From positions 64,001-128,000 of the forward strand of contig CAXXYE010000007.1 in assembly GCA_963674865.2 (NCBI GenBank): a stretch of 64,000 bases of DNA, written 5' to 3'. A program made the translations under genes and the position numbers. Shown here in pieces: positions 7,895 to 16,733 of this stretch. Positions within the stretch are counted from its first letter, which is position 1, and each line of letters begins with the position of its first letter. The DNA is from Candidatus Hydrogenedentota bacterium. Lineage in GTDB: Bacteria; Hydrogenedentota; Hydrogenedentia; Hydrogenedentales; SLHB01. The notes beneath the pieces were generated by a model. That model was not told the origin of the DNA, ran no database searches, and was given only the letters and a program-made list of their open reading frames with translations.

Positions 7895-9691
7895 ATGGAT
7901 GCCAGGTATCCCGGCGGCTGGGCCGGAAGCCTTGTGCGGGCCGTGGGCCTTCTCGCCGCGGTATCCGTGTTCTCGCTAGCAAGCTCCGAAGCCACGGCGG
8001 CCCGCGTCAAGAACGCTGAGAAGGGCAGAGACGTGGGCGACGGCGTCGTGCTGTATGCCACGCCCTATGACCCGGCGCGCGTCGACGCCATGATGTTCGT
8101 ATCGCCTACGGCGGCGCACCCTTACTACGAGGTGGTTGTCCCGGTGGGGGAGTGGGCGGAAGGGAAGTCGGCGCGTGTGACGAAAGTCACGGTTAACGGC
8201 CTTTCATGCGAGTCTTACTACGTATTCGTCGATGGCGTGTCCCATGTGCAAAGCGCGTGGATAACCGATAAGAGTGCCACGGCTCACAACGTCGTTCTTG
8301 TGGCACGGACGCTTTGGCACAGCGGCGAGGGCATTGTCGTCGAGGCCACGCTCTCGGCTACCGGCGATGACGGCAAGTCAAAGACGGTGGAGAAGTCGTT
8401 CGAGGGGCGTGCGCCGCGGCGTGGCGGCGGCCCGGCAGGCTGGCGGCGGTACCAGTCATTTGTACTGGAGGAGCGGGCCGGCCTTGCCCGCTCGGACGAG
8501 CCCGTGGAATTCTCCGTCGTGGCGCGGGCCGAAAACTGCGGAGATCTCGAACGAGAGATTCGCCTGTTTCGTGTCGACGCCAAGGAGGGAGCGCTTGAAC
8601 CTGTCAATTTCCAGACGTTTAACGCGCGCGAGTTCGGCGGCACGCCCCCCGGGACGGCCGATGACTACTATTTGTACAATCCAAGCCGTTCCGTGGACGT
8701 GGTTTTCCTGGCCTCCGTTCCTGCGAAGTCGTCGGGCGTCTATGTCGTGACGTACGACAATCCGGACGCTGAGATGTGCGCGGCCCAAGCCACTGATCTG
8801 ACGGTTTCAGGCCCTCCCCTGGGCGCGGTTGTGGAGAACCGGTTTCTCCGCGTGAAGCTCGACGATAAGTGCGGGCAAGTCGTGTCGTTTGAGCTAAAGG
8901 GGCGTTCGGAGAGGCCCGCACCGTTGCTCTCGAATTCCTACAGCCTTGCCGCCCACTGGAATCCCGACTCGTTCTCGGATAACGGGAAATGGGGCCATAC
9001 CTTCGCCTGGGATCCGCCGGAGCATACGGTTGTGACGGCTAATGGCCCGATTCTGTTCCGGGTGACGAACAGCGGCCGTATGCCCGAGTACACCCCCCAG
9101 GTTTGGGCATCCGTCACGTACTCGTTCTATGCCTCAACGCCCTACGTGAAGGTGAAGACAACTACGCAGGTGCGCGACCCCTTGAACGCGTCGGCCATTC
9201 GCAACGGGGAACTCGTGCTCGATTCGCACCTCGTCACCCATTTTGTGTGGAAGGAGAAAGCCGGCGGCGTACGCCGCGTGCGCGCCGTGCACGGGCCCGA
9301 TTGGCAGGATGAGTGGACGACTACCGTCGAGCATGACGTGCCGTGGATCGCCATGACAAACGAGTTTGACGACTACGGCGTGGGCGCGGTGGTTCAGTCA
9401 TCCCTGGCCTTCAACGCCAAGTCCGGCGAGGCCACTACGCACCGGAGCGCCTACTACCTCTACGTACACCATTTCTGGGCGGTTCCGCTAACTTACTTCA
9501 CCCGCGCCTGGGTGTATCCCTTCAGCGATTACCAGCGCGGGCCGATTCTGCCCGTGGAGCCTGGTTCCACCTATGTGGAGGACATGGCGTTTGTGCCGTT
9601 CTTCCTGCACCACGGGCGTGCGCGTTACGGCGAGATTGAGCGGGCAAATACGGTGTTGAAGCAACCACTGGTGCAGCGCTGGGGACGGTAA
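7895..9691 (+). CDS. Large secreted protein of unknown function (paralog of the previous gene)
   Basis: Starts directly after the upstream stop (TAGATG); signal peptide-like N-terminus; motifs LEERAGLARSDEPV, HWNPD, AIRNGEL, PWIAM, RAWVYPF. Confidence 0.85.
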   Translation: MDARYPGGWAGSLVRAVGLLAAVSVFSLASSEATAARVKNAEKGRDVGDGVVLYATPYDPARVDAMMFVSPTAAHPYYEVVVPVGEWAEGKSARVTKVTVNGLSCESYYVFVDGVSHVQSAWITDKSATAHNVVLVARTLWHSGEGIVVEATLSATGDDGKSKTVEKSFEGRAPRRGGGPAGWRRYQSFVLEERAGLARSDEPVEFSVVARAENCGDLEREIRLFRVDAKEGALEPVNFQTFNAREFGGTPPGTADDYYLYNPSRSVDVVFLASVPAKSSGVYVVTYDNPDAEMCAAQATDLTVSGPPLGAVVENRFLRVKLDDKCGQVVSFELKGRSERPAPLLSNSYSLAAHWNPDSFSDNGKWGHTFAWDPPEHTVVTANGPILFRVTNSGRMPEYTPQVWASVTYSFYASTPYVKVKTTTQVRDPLNASAIRNGELVLDSHLVTHFVWKEKAGGVRRVRAVHGPDWQDEWTTTVEHDVPWIAMTNEFDDYGVGAVVQSSLAFNAKSGEATTHRSAYYLYVHHFWAVPLTYFTRAWVYPFSDYQRGPILPVEPGSTYVEDMAFVPFFLHHGRARYGEIERANTVLKQPLVQRWGR

Positions 9692-9888
9692 GGGCGCATA
9701 GGAATTGCGGGAGAGAGGCCGTCAGTCGCTCGCGGGGCGTTGGGCTTTCTCGTGCCGCGCACGCAAGGTGCTCAGGAGCGTCTTGATATCGCGCGCGCCC
9801 TGAAATGTCACCCACACGGCCAAGCCGGCAAAGAAGACCACGACGACGAGGAAGACAACCTTCCAAAGAAGCATCCAAGACGCCATTT

Positions 9889-11487
9889 CTATTCTCCTTT
9901 GCCGATAGGCTGTCCGGCCGGGGCCCTGTCAGGGAACAGGAGCGAGCCGACTACCATGGCTACGACGGCGAGGCCGATTGTGGCCAGTCCAACGCGTGCG
10001 CTCGTAAACGACGCGAAGCGTTCCGGGTCGATGCGAATGAGTGCCGCGAGTCCCTTCTGCACCCCGCGCAGTCCGAATACGGCGAAGCACCCGGCGCACG
10101 TAGCCAGGACGGCGCCCGTCGAGCTGGCCCTTTTCCAGTAGAGTCCTCCCGTCAGTACGGCGAAGGTTCCCGCGAAGTAAATGGCCCCGGTGATCGCCAT
10201 GTAATCCCAAAGGTCTTCACGGAGGGGGAAGAGGAAGCTGATCAGGAAGATAAACACGCCGACGGCGAAGATGAGCCAGCGCGTCAGCTTCACCTCGGCC
10301 CGCTGCGATAGCTTGCCGCCCATGAGGGGGCCAACAACATCGTTAGTGATGACGGAACTCCAGCAGAGGAAGTAGCTGTCGTGGGTGGACATGAACGCAG
10401 CCAGCATGGCGGCCGTGATGATGCCTATGATGCCGACGGGCAGGATCCGCCCGAGGAACATAGGCATGGCGTAGAGGGAATCAAGTGCCTCCGTACCGGC
10501 TGCCGCGGGTGGTGGGAAGCCTTCCGGGAAGAAGGCATCCCGCAGGGCCGGCGTCTGCATGATCATGATGAAGGCGCAGGCGCCCCAAAAACAGGGGATG
10601 ATGACGCGGATGGCATAGGATACGGACGCAAGCGTGAACTGCCGTTTGACGACGCGCTCGCTCTCGCTGGCCAAGGCGCGTGCCACCGAGGTGGGCCAGA
10701 GGGCGCAGCTCGCGAGGCCCAGGAATACCATCCAGACGACGTAGTCGAAGCCGAAAGTGCCCTCCGCGACAAAGGGATTGAATCCTTCTTCGCCTCTGAT
10801 TTCGCTCATACTGGCGAAAACCTGTGTCCATCCTACCTTGCTGATGGCCAGCGCCGTGGCGATGAGCAGGCCGAAGGAGAGGACGACAAACTGGACGTAG
10901 TCGGCGATGACGACGGACACCATGCCGCCCATGATGGTGTAGAACAGCACCAAGACGAGAAGGATGAGCATCACGATCATCAGGGCGTTGCCGCCCGGCG
11001 GCAGGCCTGTGATGCCGACGATGAACATCGAGCCGGCCTTGAGGAACATCCCCATGTTGAGGATCCCCGAGAGGGCGAGGACGAGGCCGCCGAGGATGCG
11101 CGTCTTCTGGCCGAAACGCCGCCCATAGAAGTCGGGGATTGTCAGGACTTCCTGCCGGCGCAGGGCGGCGATGATGAAGCCCGTAATGCCGACAACCAGT
11201 GTCGTCACCCCGGCCACCAGCCCAATGTGAAACGCCGCGAAGCCGCCTGTGAAACCCTTCTGGGCGTTGTACATGACGGTAACCAGGCCGAGTTCCGTCC
11301 CCGTCAGCGTGGCGATGCCGAGGGCTGTGCGTACGCCCCGCCCGGCGCAGATAAAATCGCCCATATCAGCCACGTATCGCCGCGCGATGAGGCCGATCGC
11401 GACGGATATGAGGGGATACAGGCCAACAATCACCCAGTCCAACGCCGTGAAATTCGTTTGGCTCAGGATCGCAGCGAGTTGATCCAT
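9889..11487 (-). CDS. Sodium:solute symporter (SSS) family protein
   Basis: About 13 TM helices; LDWVIVGLY, DFICAGR, TIPDFYGRRFG, YTIMGGMVSVVIADYVQF, AAFMSTHDS. Confidence 0.93.
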   Translation of the reverse strand: MDQLAAILSQTNFTALDWVIVGLYPLISVAIGLIARRYVADMGDFICAGRGVRTALGIATLTGTELGLVTVMYNAQKGFTGGFAAFHIGLVAGVTTLVVGITGFIIAALRRQEVLTIPDFYGRRFGQKTRILGGLVLALSGILNMGMFLKAGSMFIVGITGLPPGGNALMIVMLILLVLVLFYTIMGGMVSVVIADYVQFVVLSFGLLIATALAISKVGWTQVFASMSEIRGEEGFNPFVAEGTFGFDYVVWMVFLGLASCALWPTSVARALASESERVVKRQFTLASVSYAIRVIIPCFWGACAFIMIMQTPALRDAFFPEGFPPPAAAGTEALDSLYAMPMFLGRILPVGIIGIITAAMLAAFMSTHDSYFLCWSSVITNDVVGPLMGGKLSQRAEVKLTRWLIFAVGVFIFLISFLFPLREDLWDYMAITGAIYFAGTFAVLTGGLYWKRASSTGAVLATCAGCFAVFGLRGVQKGLAALIRIDPERFASFTSARVGLATIGLAVVAMVVGSLLFPDRAPAGQPIGKGE

Positions 11488-11637
11488 GTTCTTCCTCTGC
11501 CTTTCCTACCGATGATCGGCCCGTACAGGTGCGGAATCAGGGGCCGTGAGGCGGCATGGTATCATAGCCCCCCGGAGCGGGCGCAATCCGGGCGCAATTC
11601 GGACGCCGTCAGTAGTATGGTTCACCAGAAACAGCCG

Positions 11638-14028
11638 TCAGCGGCGCAGGAGCCACACCTCCGCCACCTGGCACCCTCGCCCGCCGATGAGCTGCCACTC
11701 GAGTTCGAGGACACCGTCGCGCGTCACGGCCTGCGGCACGTCGAATTCAAGAGGAGCGGGCACGCCGCGCGGCTGCGGCAGAGCGGTGTGTATCTCATGA
11801 GCACCGTCGGCTACGAGGCGCATCGTCGGCCGGAAGCGGCCGGTGTAGATGACGCGCACACGGTACGCTGCCTCCGGGGCGAGATCTTCGTAGCGCACGC
11901 GCAGCGGCGCGCCAAAAAGCGTCTGCGCCTGATCGAGCCAGGAGAGACGGTAGGGCCCCTCGCCGCTCCGGCTGTATTCAGCCTGCGGCGAACTGACGAA
12001 ACCCGGATCTTCGGCGAACGTATGCTGATGGACGAGGTGGGGCTGCTTGGACGCATTGCCGAGGTCGTCGTAGAAACCGCCGGGGCCGGGGACCTCCCAA
12101 TCAAGAACGGCGGCAAGCCGCGCCAGTCGCTCGGAGTCAGGATAGTTCTCTTGGATATCCTTCGCCTGCGCCTGAAGCCATGGCACATCGCTCAACGGCA
12201 CGTCCAGTGAATCCAGGACGGCGCCCCGCTCGCGAGCGCTGGCGCCATACGCCTCAACGCTGAGCTGCATTCCGATTGTCTTGAAAAGGGCGCCGCCAAT
12301 CTCCTCGATGCGTGGCCGGAGTTCTTGTGCTCTTGGGGCGCCCTCGGCGCCGTCCACGAGGGCCTGGGCCGCCGCTACGGCCTCATCGAATCCGATTTCA
12401 GGCGCACGGGCCAGTGCCGCGCAGAAACGCTGCTCCAGCTGGGCCTCGGCCGTGGCCTTGGATTGGATATAGGCGTCGTAGTAGGCTCGGAAGAGTCCCA
12501 TGAGAAACCGCCAGTTCCCTGCCAGTGCATCGCCGCCATCCCTTTCGAGTTGCTGCCATGCGGCGAGCGTCTTCTTGACGCCTTGGTTCAGCAAGAGGGG
12601 GCCTCGCCAGTTTTCTTCCAGTCCCAGTAGGCCGGATGCTACTTGCTCCTGGTACTTGGGGCCGATGAAGTAGCGTCCGTACTCCCGCAGGATGTCCTTT
12701 ACATCCGCGTCCGGGTTCCAGCCTAAGGCCGTCCAGACGATCTTGTTGACGTCGTCGTTGACGCCGTCTGAGTACGAGACAAATCCTTCCGACATCGGCG
12801 CGAGCAAGTTATGAATGCGGGCAAAATCCGTGGGGCGTGGATTGATAGGTTCGCGGCCGAGCGTATGGGCGAATGCGCGATCCCATTCCGGTACGGGATA
12901 CTGGCACCTCAGGCAGTGGGTGATATCGGCGTACTGCACGATGGGATAGCGCTGGGGCGTCCTTTGGCGCTCTTCCGCGAGCGAGATCTTCGTCCACGTC
13001 CCAAACACCATGCCGTCCAGCCACGCGGGATTCTCCTGCTCCAGGTAGTTGAAGAGGTAATCGTTCCAGGCGTGGGAGAATGCCTCGTTAGAAAGCCACA
13101 CCTCGGCCTTGGGATGAAACTCATGCAGCACCGCAGTCATGTTCTTCACCCATGGCAAGAGCGTCTCCGGCGGCGTGTCGCCCGGGTCGCCTCCCGGCAC
13201 GAACACCACGTCGATGCGCGGGCAGCTCTTGAAGAGGGCGCGCCGCTCCTCGAGGGCGGCGCTATCAGCGCCGGCCTCGGTGATATCTTCTTCCACAGGC
13301 AGCCACAGCCAAACATTCAGGCCATACGACGCGATCAAAGCCGCCAAGTCCGAGTTCATCTCCCAAGGGGGCCGGGGCATGTGCTGGCTGCTTCGCTCCG
13401 TAGGACCGACTGGGGGAATGAGTTGGATCGTATTGGCGCCGAATACAACCAGATCGCGAATGTACTGCTCGTATCGGCCCAAATCCCAGGCATCGTAGGT
13501 ATTCGATTTGCCTCGATAGCCGAGTTCGTGCCCGCGGGTCGCGTACCGGGGGGCCGTGGCAACGCACGTGTCCGGCGCAAGCGATATGTGGCCCTTGCCC
13601 ATATCGAGGAGCCGCAGAAGCCGTCCTGAGGCGAAAAGCGTACCGCGCACGTCTCGCCCGACGAGGCACACCGTAGGAGCCTTTCGCGTCGCTTGATCCA
13701 CCCAAATCGCGAAGCCGTCAGCCTTCTCAGGAATCCTCGCTTTTGCCTTGGGCGGCATGAGATCGCTCGGCATGTCCGCGAGCGTGGCCAACACAATGGC
13801 GGGACGCGAGGAGCGGGGGAGGTCTTGCTTTGTCTTGAGATGAATTCCACTCCGGGCAAATACTTCGTCCTGCAGCAGTTCGGCGGCCTTTGTCGCGACG
13901 CCGGCATTCCCCGGCACGACAATGACGCCCTGGCTTAGATCGACGGATGGAGCATCGGCGAAGACGGTGTAGCTGCAGCCCAAGAAAACAACCATTGCCA
14001 GAGCAACTTCCCAGCGAAAACTGCGCAT
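11638..14028 (-). CDS. Secreted putative glycoside hydrolase-like protein (GH20/GH67-type N-terminal domain, barrel, C-terminal beta-sandwich)
   Basis: Signal peptide MRSFRWEVALAMVVFLGCSYTVFA. The segment EKADGFAIWV...LVGRDVRGTLFASGRLLRLL...APRYATRG resembles the N-domain of GH20/67-like enzymes. Family not assignable. Confidence 0.65.
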   Translation of the reverse strand: MRSFRWEVALAMVVFLGCSYTVFADAPSVDLSQGVIVVPGNAGVATKAAELLQDEVFARSGIHLKTKQDLPRSSRPAIVLATLADMPSDLMPPKAKARIPEKADGFAIWVDQATRKAPTVCLVGRDVRGTLFASGRLLRLLDMGKGHISLAPDTCVATAPRYATRGHELGYRGKSNTYDAWDLGRYEQYIRDLVVFGANTIQLIPPVGPTERSSQHMPRPPWEMNSDLAALIASYGLNVWLWLPVEEDITEAGADSAALEERRALFKSCPRIDVVFVPGGDPGDTPPETLLPWVKNMTAVLHEFHPKAEVWLSNEAFSHAWNDYLFNYLEQENPAWLDGMVFGTWTKISLAEERQRTPQRYPIVQYADITHCLRCQYPVPEWDRAFAHTLGREPINPRPTDFARIHNLLAPMSEGFVSYSDGVNDDVNKIVWTALGWNPDADVKDILREYGRYFIGPKYQEQVASGLLGLEENWRGPLLLNQGVKKTLAAWQQLERDGGDALAGNWRFLMGLFRAYYDAYIQSKATAEAQLEQRFCAALARAPEIGFDEAVAAAQALVDGAEGAPRAQELRPRIEEIGGALFKTIGMQLSVEAYGASARERGAVLDSLDVPLSDVPWLQAQAKDIQENYPDSERLARLAAVLDWEVPGPGGFYDDLGNASKQPHLVHQHTFAEDPGFVSSPQAEYSRSGEGPYRLSWLDQAQTLFGAPLRVRYEDLAPEAAYRVRVIYTGRFRPTMRLVADGAHEIHTALPQPRGVPAPLEFDVPQAVTRDGVLELEWQLIGGRGCQVAEVWLLRR

Positions 14029-14191
14029 CGGAAAACCCTCCTGGTGCATATCCCGTCAAGTGCCGTCACTTGTGTGCGGCGCCGTCGCCGCGACTCGCGT
14101 ACCGGGTGCACTTCGTGCCTACCTCTCCCGAACAATCGAGTGCTCAAGCCTAGCACATCGGTGGAAACCGCGTACAGACATGTTTGCGCGG

Positions 14192-14312
14192 TGTCAACGC
14201 AAAGTAGAAATGTCCGATCTTGGACAATTTAGAAATGTCCGGTTGGTGCGTGGGCGTGGTCGAGTTATCCAAAGGGTGTGGGCAGGAGCGAAGCAGCTGT
14301 TTACGCCCCGTC
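14192..14312. mobile_element. Orphan right end of a second, divergent IS1202-family element
   Basis: TGTCAA tip, two TAGAAATGTC boxes, CGAGTTATCCAA and a 40-nt hairpin, all colinear with 2826-2948. No transposase and no TSD. Confidence 0.8.
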
Positions 14313-14334
14313 GCGACAGCCGCCGACACGCCTC

Positions 14335-14363
14335 TTGAAAACGTACAAGAGCCATGCTATATC
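14335..14363 (+). promoter_or_regulatory. Putative sigma70 promoter for the HEAT/HD-GYP operon
   Basis: TTGAAA, 17-bp spacer, TATATC with an extended -10 TG. Confidence 0.45.
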
Positions 14364-14456
14364 CATAGGGTGATTTATGGCTTCGCGAGTAGGCGCGGAG
14401 CCACTGACAACGCGGCCTTTGGGGGCAGCTACGGCGAAAGGTCGGACGGGATAGCC

Positions 14457-16730
14457 ATGGAGTCGGCCGAACGAGTCCGTCAGGTCGAAGAGGCGCTCAA
14501 CAACCTTGTCGTGGCTCGTAAGTGTATCCAAGTCTACCCGTCCAACAATCCCAGCATCGGACAAGCACTCGACAAACTGATCCTTTCTCTGAGTGCGTTC
14601 TTCTCGCCCGGGCCGGCCCCGGCCGAGCCACTGAGTGAGCTATCTCTTCATATCGAGCGCGATGTGCTCTATTGGGGCGGCGAAGAGATCGCAACAAAGA
14701 ATGACGCCGTGCGGAAGTTCGCTCGGGAGATGTATCGAAACGGCGTTTCGGCGATGAGCTTCTCGCCGGGCGGCACCTCGGACGAGTTGCGCGAGTTTCT
14801 CCAAGCAGCAAGCACGCGCCCGGGAGAGCCGGGGAAGACGCAGGACCTTGTTGAAACGATCACCGCCCTCGGCTTCGAGCACGTTCGCGTGGAGGGGGCG
14901 GAACTCCTCGACCTCCACGAGAGTGATAAGCCACCGGATGAATCCGACATGTTGGACTACATCCGAAGGAAGCACGGCAGCGGCCAGGGAACACACGGAG
15001 GTGGGGGCGAGGCCGGTGTTGTGGCCGCCGAAGGGGATGGAGACCTCGTCGAGGCGTCGGATCTTGTCGATTTCTTCCTGGATATTGCGGACGGTTCCCA
15101 GGAGGCGCGGGAGCGGCTCTTCAGGACGCTGGACAATCCCGGCAGGATAGCTGAGACCTTGGAGCGAATCGCCCATTCGGACGCGCGGCAACGCCATCGA
15201 CAAGGCGATGATGCCTCGCTCACGATGCTGCAAGACACGCTCAAACATATCGCCGATAGCTTGCGCACGCTACCGGCCGATGCGCGCGAAGCCTATGTCC
15301 AAAACGTCGGTAAGGCGCTGGCCCGGGAGGATAATGCGGAATTAGCCAAGGAGGCCAGCACGGCCTTGTTGGCCAATCCTCTAGCGGGCGACTTGGAAGA
15401 GCAGATACTCGGCTCCTTTTCGGACACGGACGTCGCGCAAATCCTTACGAGCTCCGTTAGGTTTCACGAGGGGACTGAGAAGACGATCACCAATTTCCTT
15501 GAGGATTTCACCAAGGACCCTTCTCGGCGGCATGTCATTACGCAGATTGTGGCGCACAAGCTGAGTGAAGCCGGCGATGAGCGGCTTGTGGCTGTTTCAC
15601 GGGAATTGGCCGTGAGTTCCGCCCCCCCGCCGCCGGTTGGCGCCGAAGCCGCGTTGAAACGCGACGCGCAGTACGTGCCCCTGAAGGCCTACGAGAAGCT
15701 GGTGCGCGAGTTGGCGTTCGCGGAAAGCGAACTGATCGAGCTGTCCGGCAATGTCGAGAGCGACGCCAGGGAGGTTAGCCTTCCCCATGCCCTCCAAGCG
15801 ATGCTGAATACGTATGCCTACGAAGTCGTCGAGGATATTCCTCACACCTCTCTATCGATATTGGATGATCTGCTGGCAAATGCCCTGAAGCAAGAGCGCC
15901 ACGCACTGGTTGTCTCAGCCGTAACCTGGGCCGAGGAGGAGTTGCCCGAGGCAGCCCGAGAGCAGATGCGGAAGGACCTAACGGCAACCGTCGAGGAATT
16001 CTGCTCGTCCGAGCGGCTCGAACGCACTATCGGCTTGCTGCGACGGGCGAGCAAGAACTCGCCGGAGTACGCGCAATTCCTTCGCGTCTCCCGTTTCTTT
16101 GGTGAGGGCCTGGCGGAGGGCCTTCTTGCAAAACTGGTGGATGAGGACAATCGTTCCACACGGCTTTTCCTGACGGGCATGATGGCTGACATAGGCGAAA
16201 CCTGTGTTCCGGCGCTGCTGCGGAACGTAACACATCCGGCGTGGTACGTGGTCCGCAATGTCGTTAACGTGCTGGGCAAGATCCGCTCCGAGAAGGCCAT
16301 GGACGCCCTTCGCGCCGCGATGGAGCACGAGGACGCCCGCGTGCGGCGTGAAGTCCTGAGTGCGTTGGCCGCCCTTAGGACGGAAGAGGCCGAGCGTCTG
16401 CTGATACAGTGTCTTGACGATCCCGATGTGGATAACAGGAAGCATGCGACGGACTGGCTTGCGAATATCGGGGCCGTTCAGGCCGTGCCGGCGCTGCAGG
16501 ATCTGTTGACACGGCGCCCGAAGGAACTGCGCAAGCACCGGGAATGGGGCGTCAGCACGATCAAGGCCCTCGGGAAGCTCGGAGGCGAGGATGCTGCCGA
16601 GGCCTTGCGGGCCTACTTGAAGCAAGATAATCGCCTCCTGGCGCTGTTCTGGAAGAACCCGTTGACGGCGGCGTGCCGCGAGGCCATCGCCGAAATCGAG
16701 AAGCGCGTCGCTCGGGGCGCGAGGGAATGA
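14457..16730 (+). CDS. HEAT-repeat protein with an N-terminal YP-x-x-N/H-P domain
   Basis: C-terminal HEAT/PBS repeats (HPAWYVVRNVVNVLGKI, HEDARVRREVLSALAAL, DDPDVDNRKHATDWLANI). Start MESAERV at 14457. Confidence 0.85.
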   Translation: MESAERVRQVEEALNNLVVARKCIQVYPSNNPSIGQALDKLILSLSAFFSPGPAPAEPLSELSLHIERDVLYWGGEEIATKNDAVRKFAREMYRNGVSAMSFSPGGTSDELREFLQAASTRPGEPGKTQDLVETITALGFEHVRVEGAELLDLHESDKPPDESDMLDYIRRKHGSGQGTHGGGGEAGVVAAEGDGDLVEASDLVDFFLDIADGSQEARERLFRTLDNPGRIAETLERIAHSDARQRHRQGDDASLTMLQDTLKHIADSLRTLPADAREAYVQNVGKALAREDNAELAKEASTALLANPLAGDLEEQILGSFSDTDVAQILTSSVRFHEGTEKTITNFLEDFTKDPSRRHVITQIVAHKLSEAGDERLVAVSRELAVSSAPPPPVGAEAALKRDAQYVPLKAYEKLVRELAFAESELIELSGNVESDAREVSLPHALQAMLNTYAYEVVEDIPHTSLSILDDLLANALKQERHALVVSAVTWAEEELPEAAREQMRKDLTATVEEFCSSERLERTIGLLRRASKNSPEYAQFLRVSRFFGEGLAEGLLAKLVDEDNRSTRLFLTGMMADIGETCVPALLRNVTHPAWYVVRNVVNVLGKIRSEKAMDALRAAMEHEDARVRREVLSALAALRTEEAERLLIQCLDDPDVDNRKHATDWLANIGAVQAVPALQDLLTRRPKELRKHREWGVSTIKALGKLGGEDAAEALRAYLKQDNRLLALFWKNPLTAACREAIAEIEKRVARGARE

Positions 16731-16733
16731 AGG

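Noticed and set aside
10381..12210. 609-aa + strand ORF and other long antisense ORFs (e.g. 15978-17630, 30738-31946, 43453-44700, 46727-48082)
   Set aside because: Shadow frames opposite well-supported genes in high-GC DNA, with no recognisable motifs.
14192..14318. Complete MITE ending in GTCGCGACA, matching the other tip of the IS at 4399-4407
   Set aside because: The match is only 9 bp, there are no internal binding boxes at that end and no flanking target duplication. Treated as a solo end.
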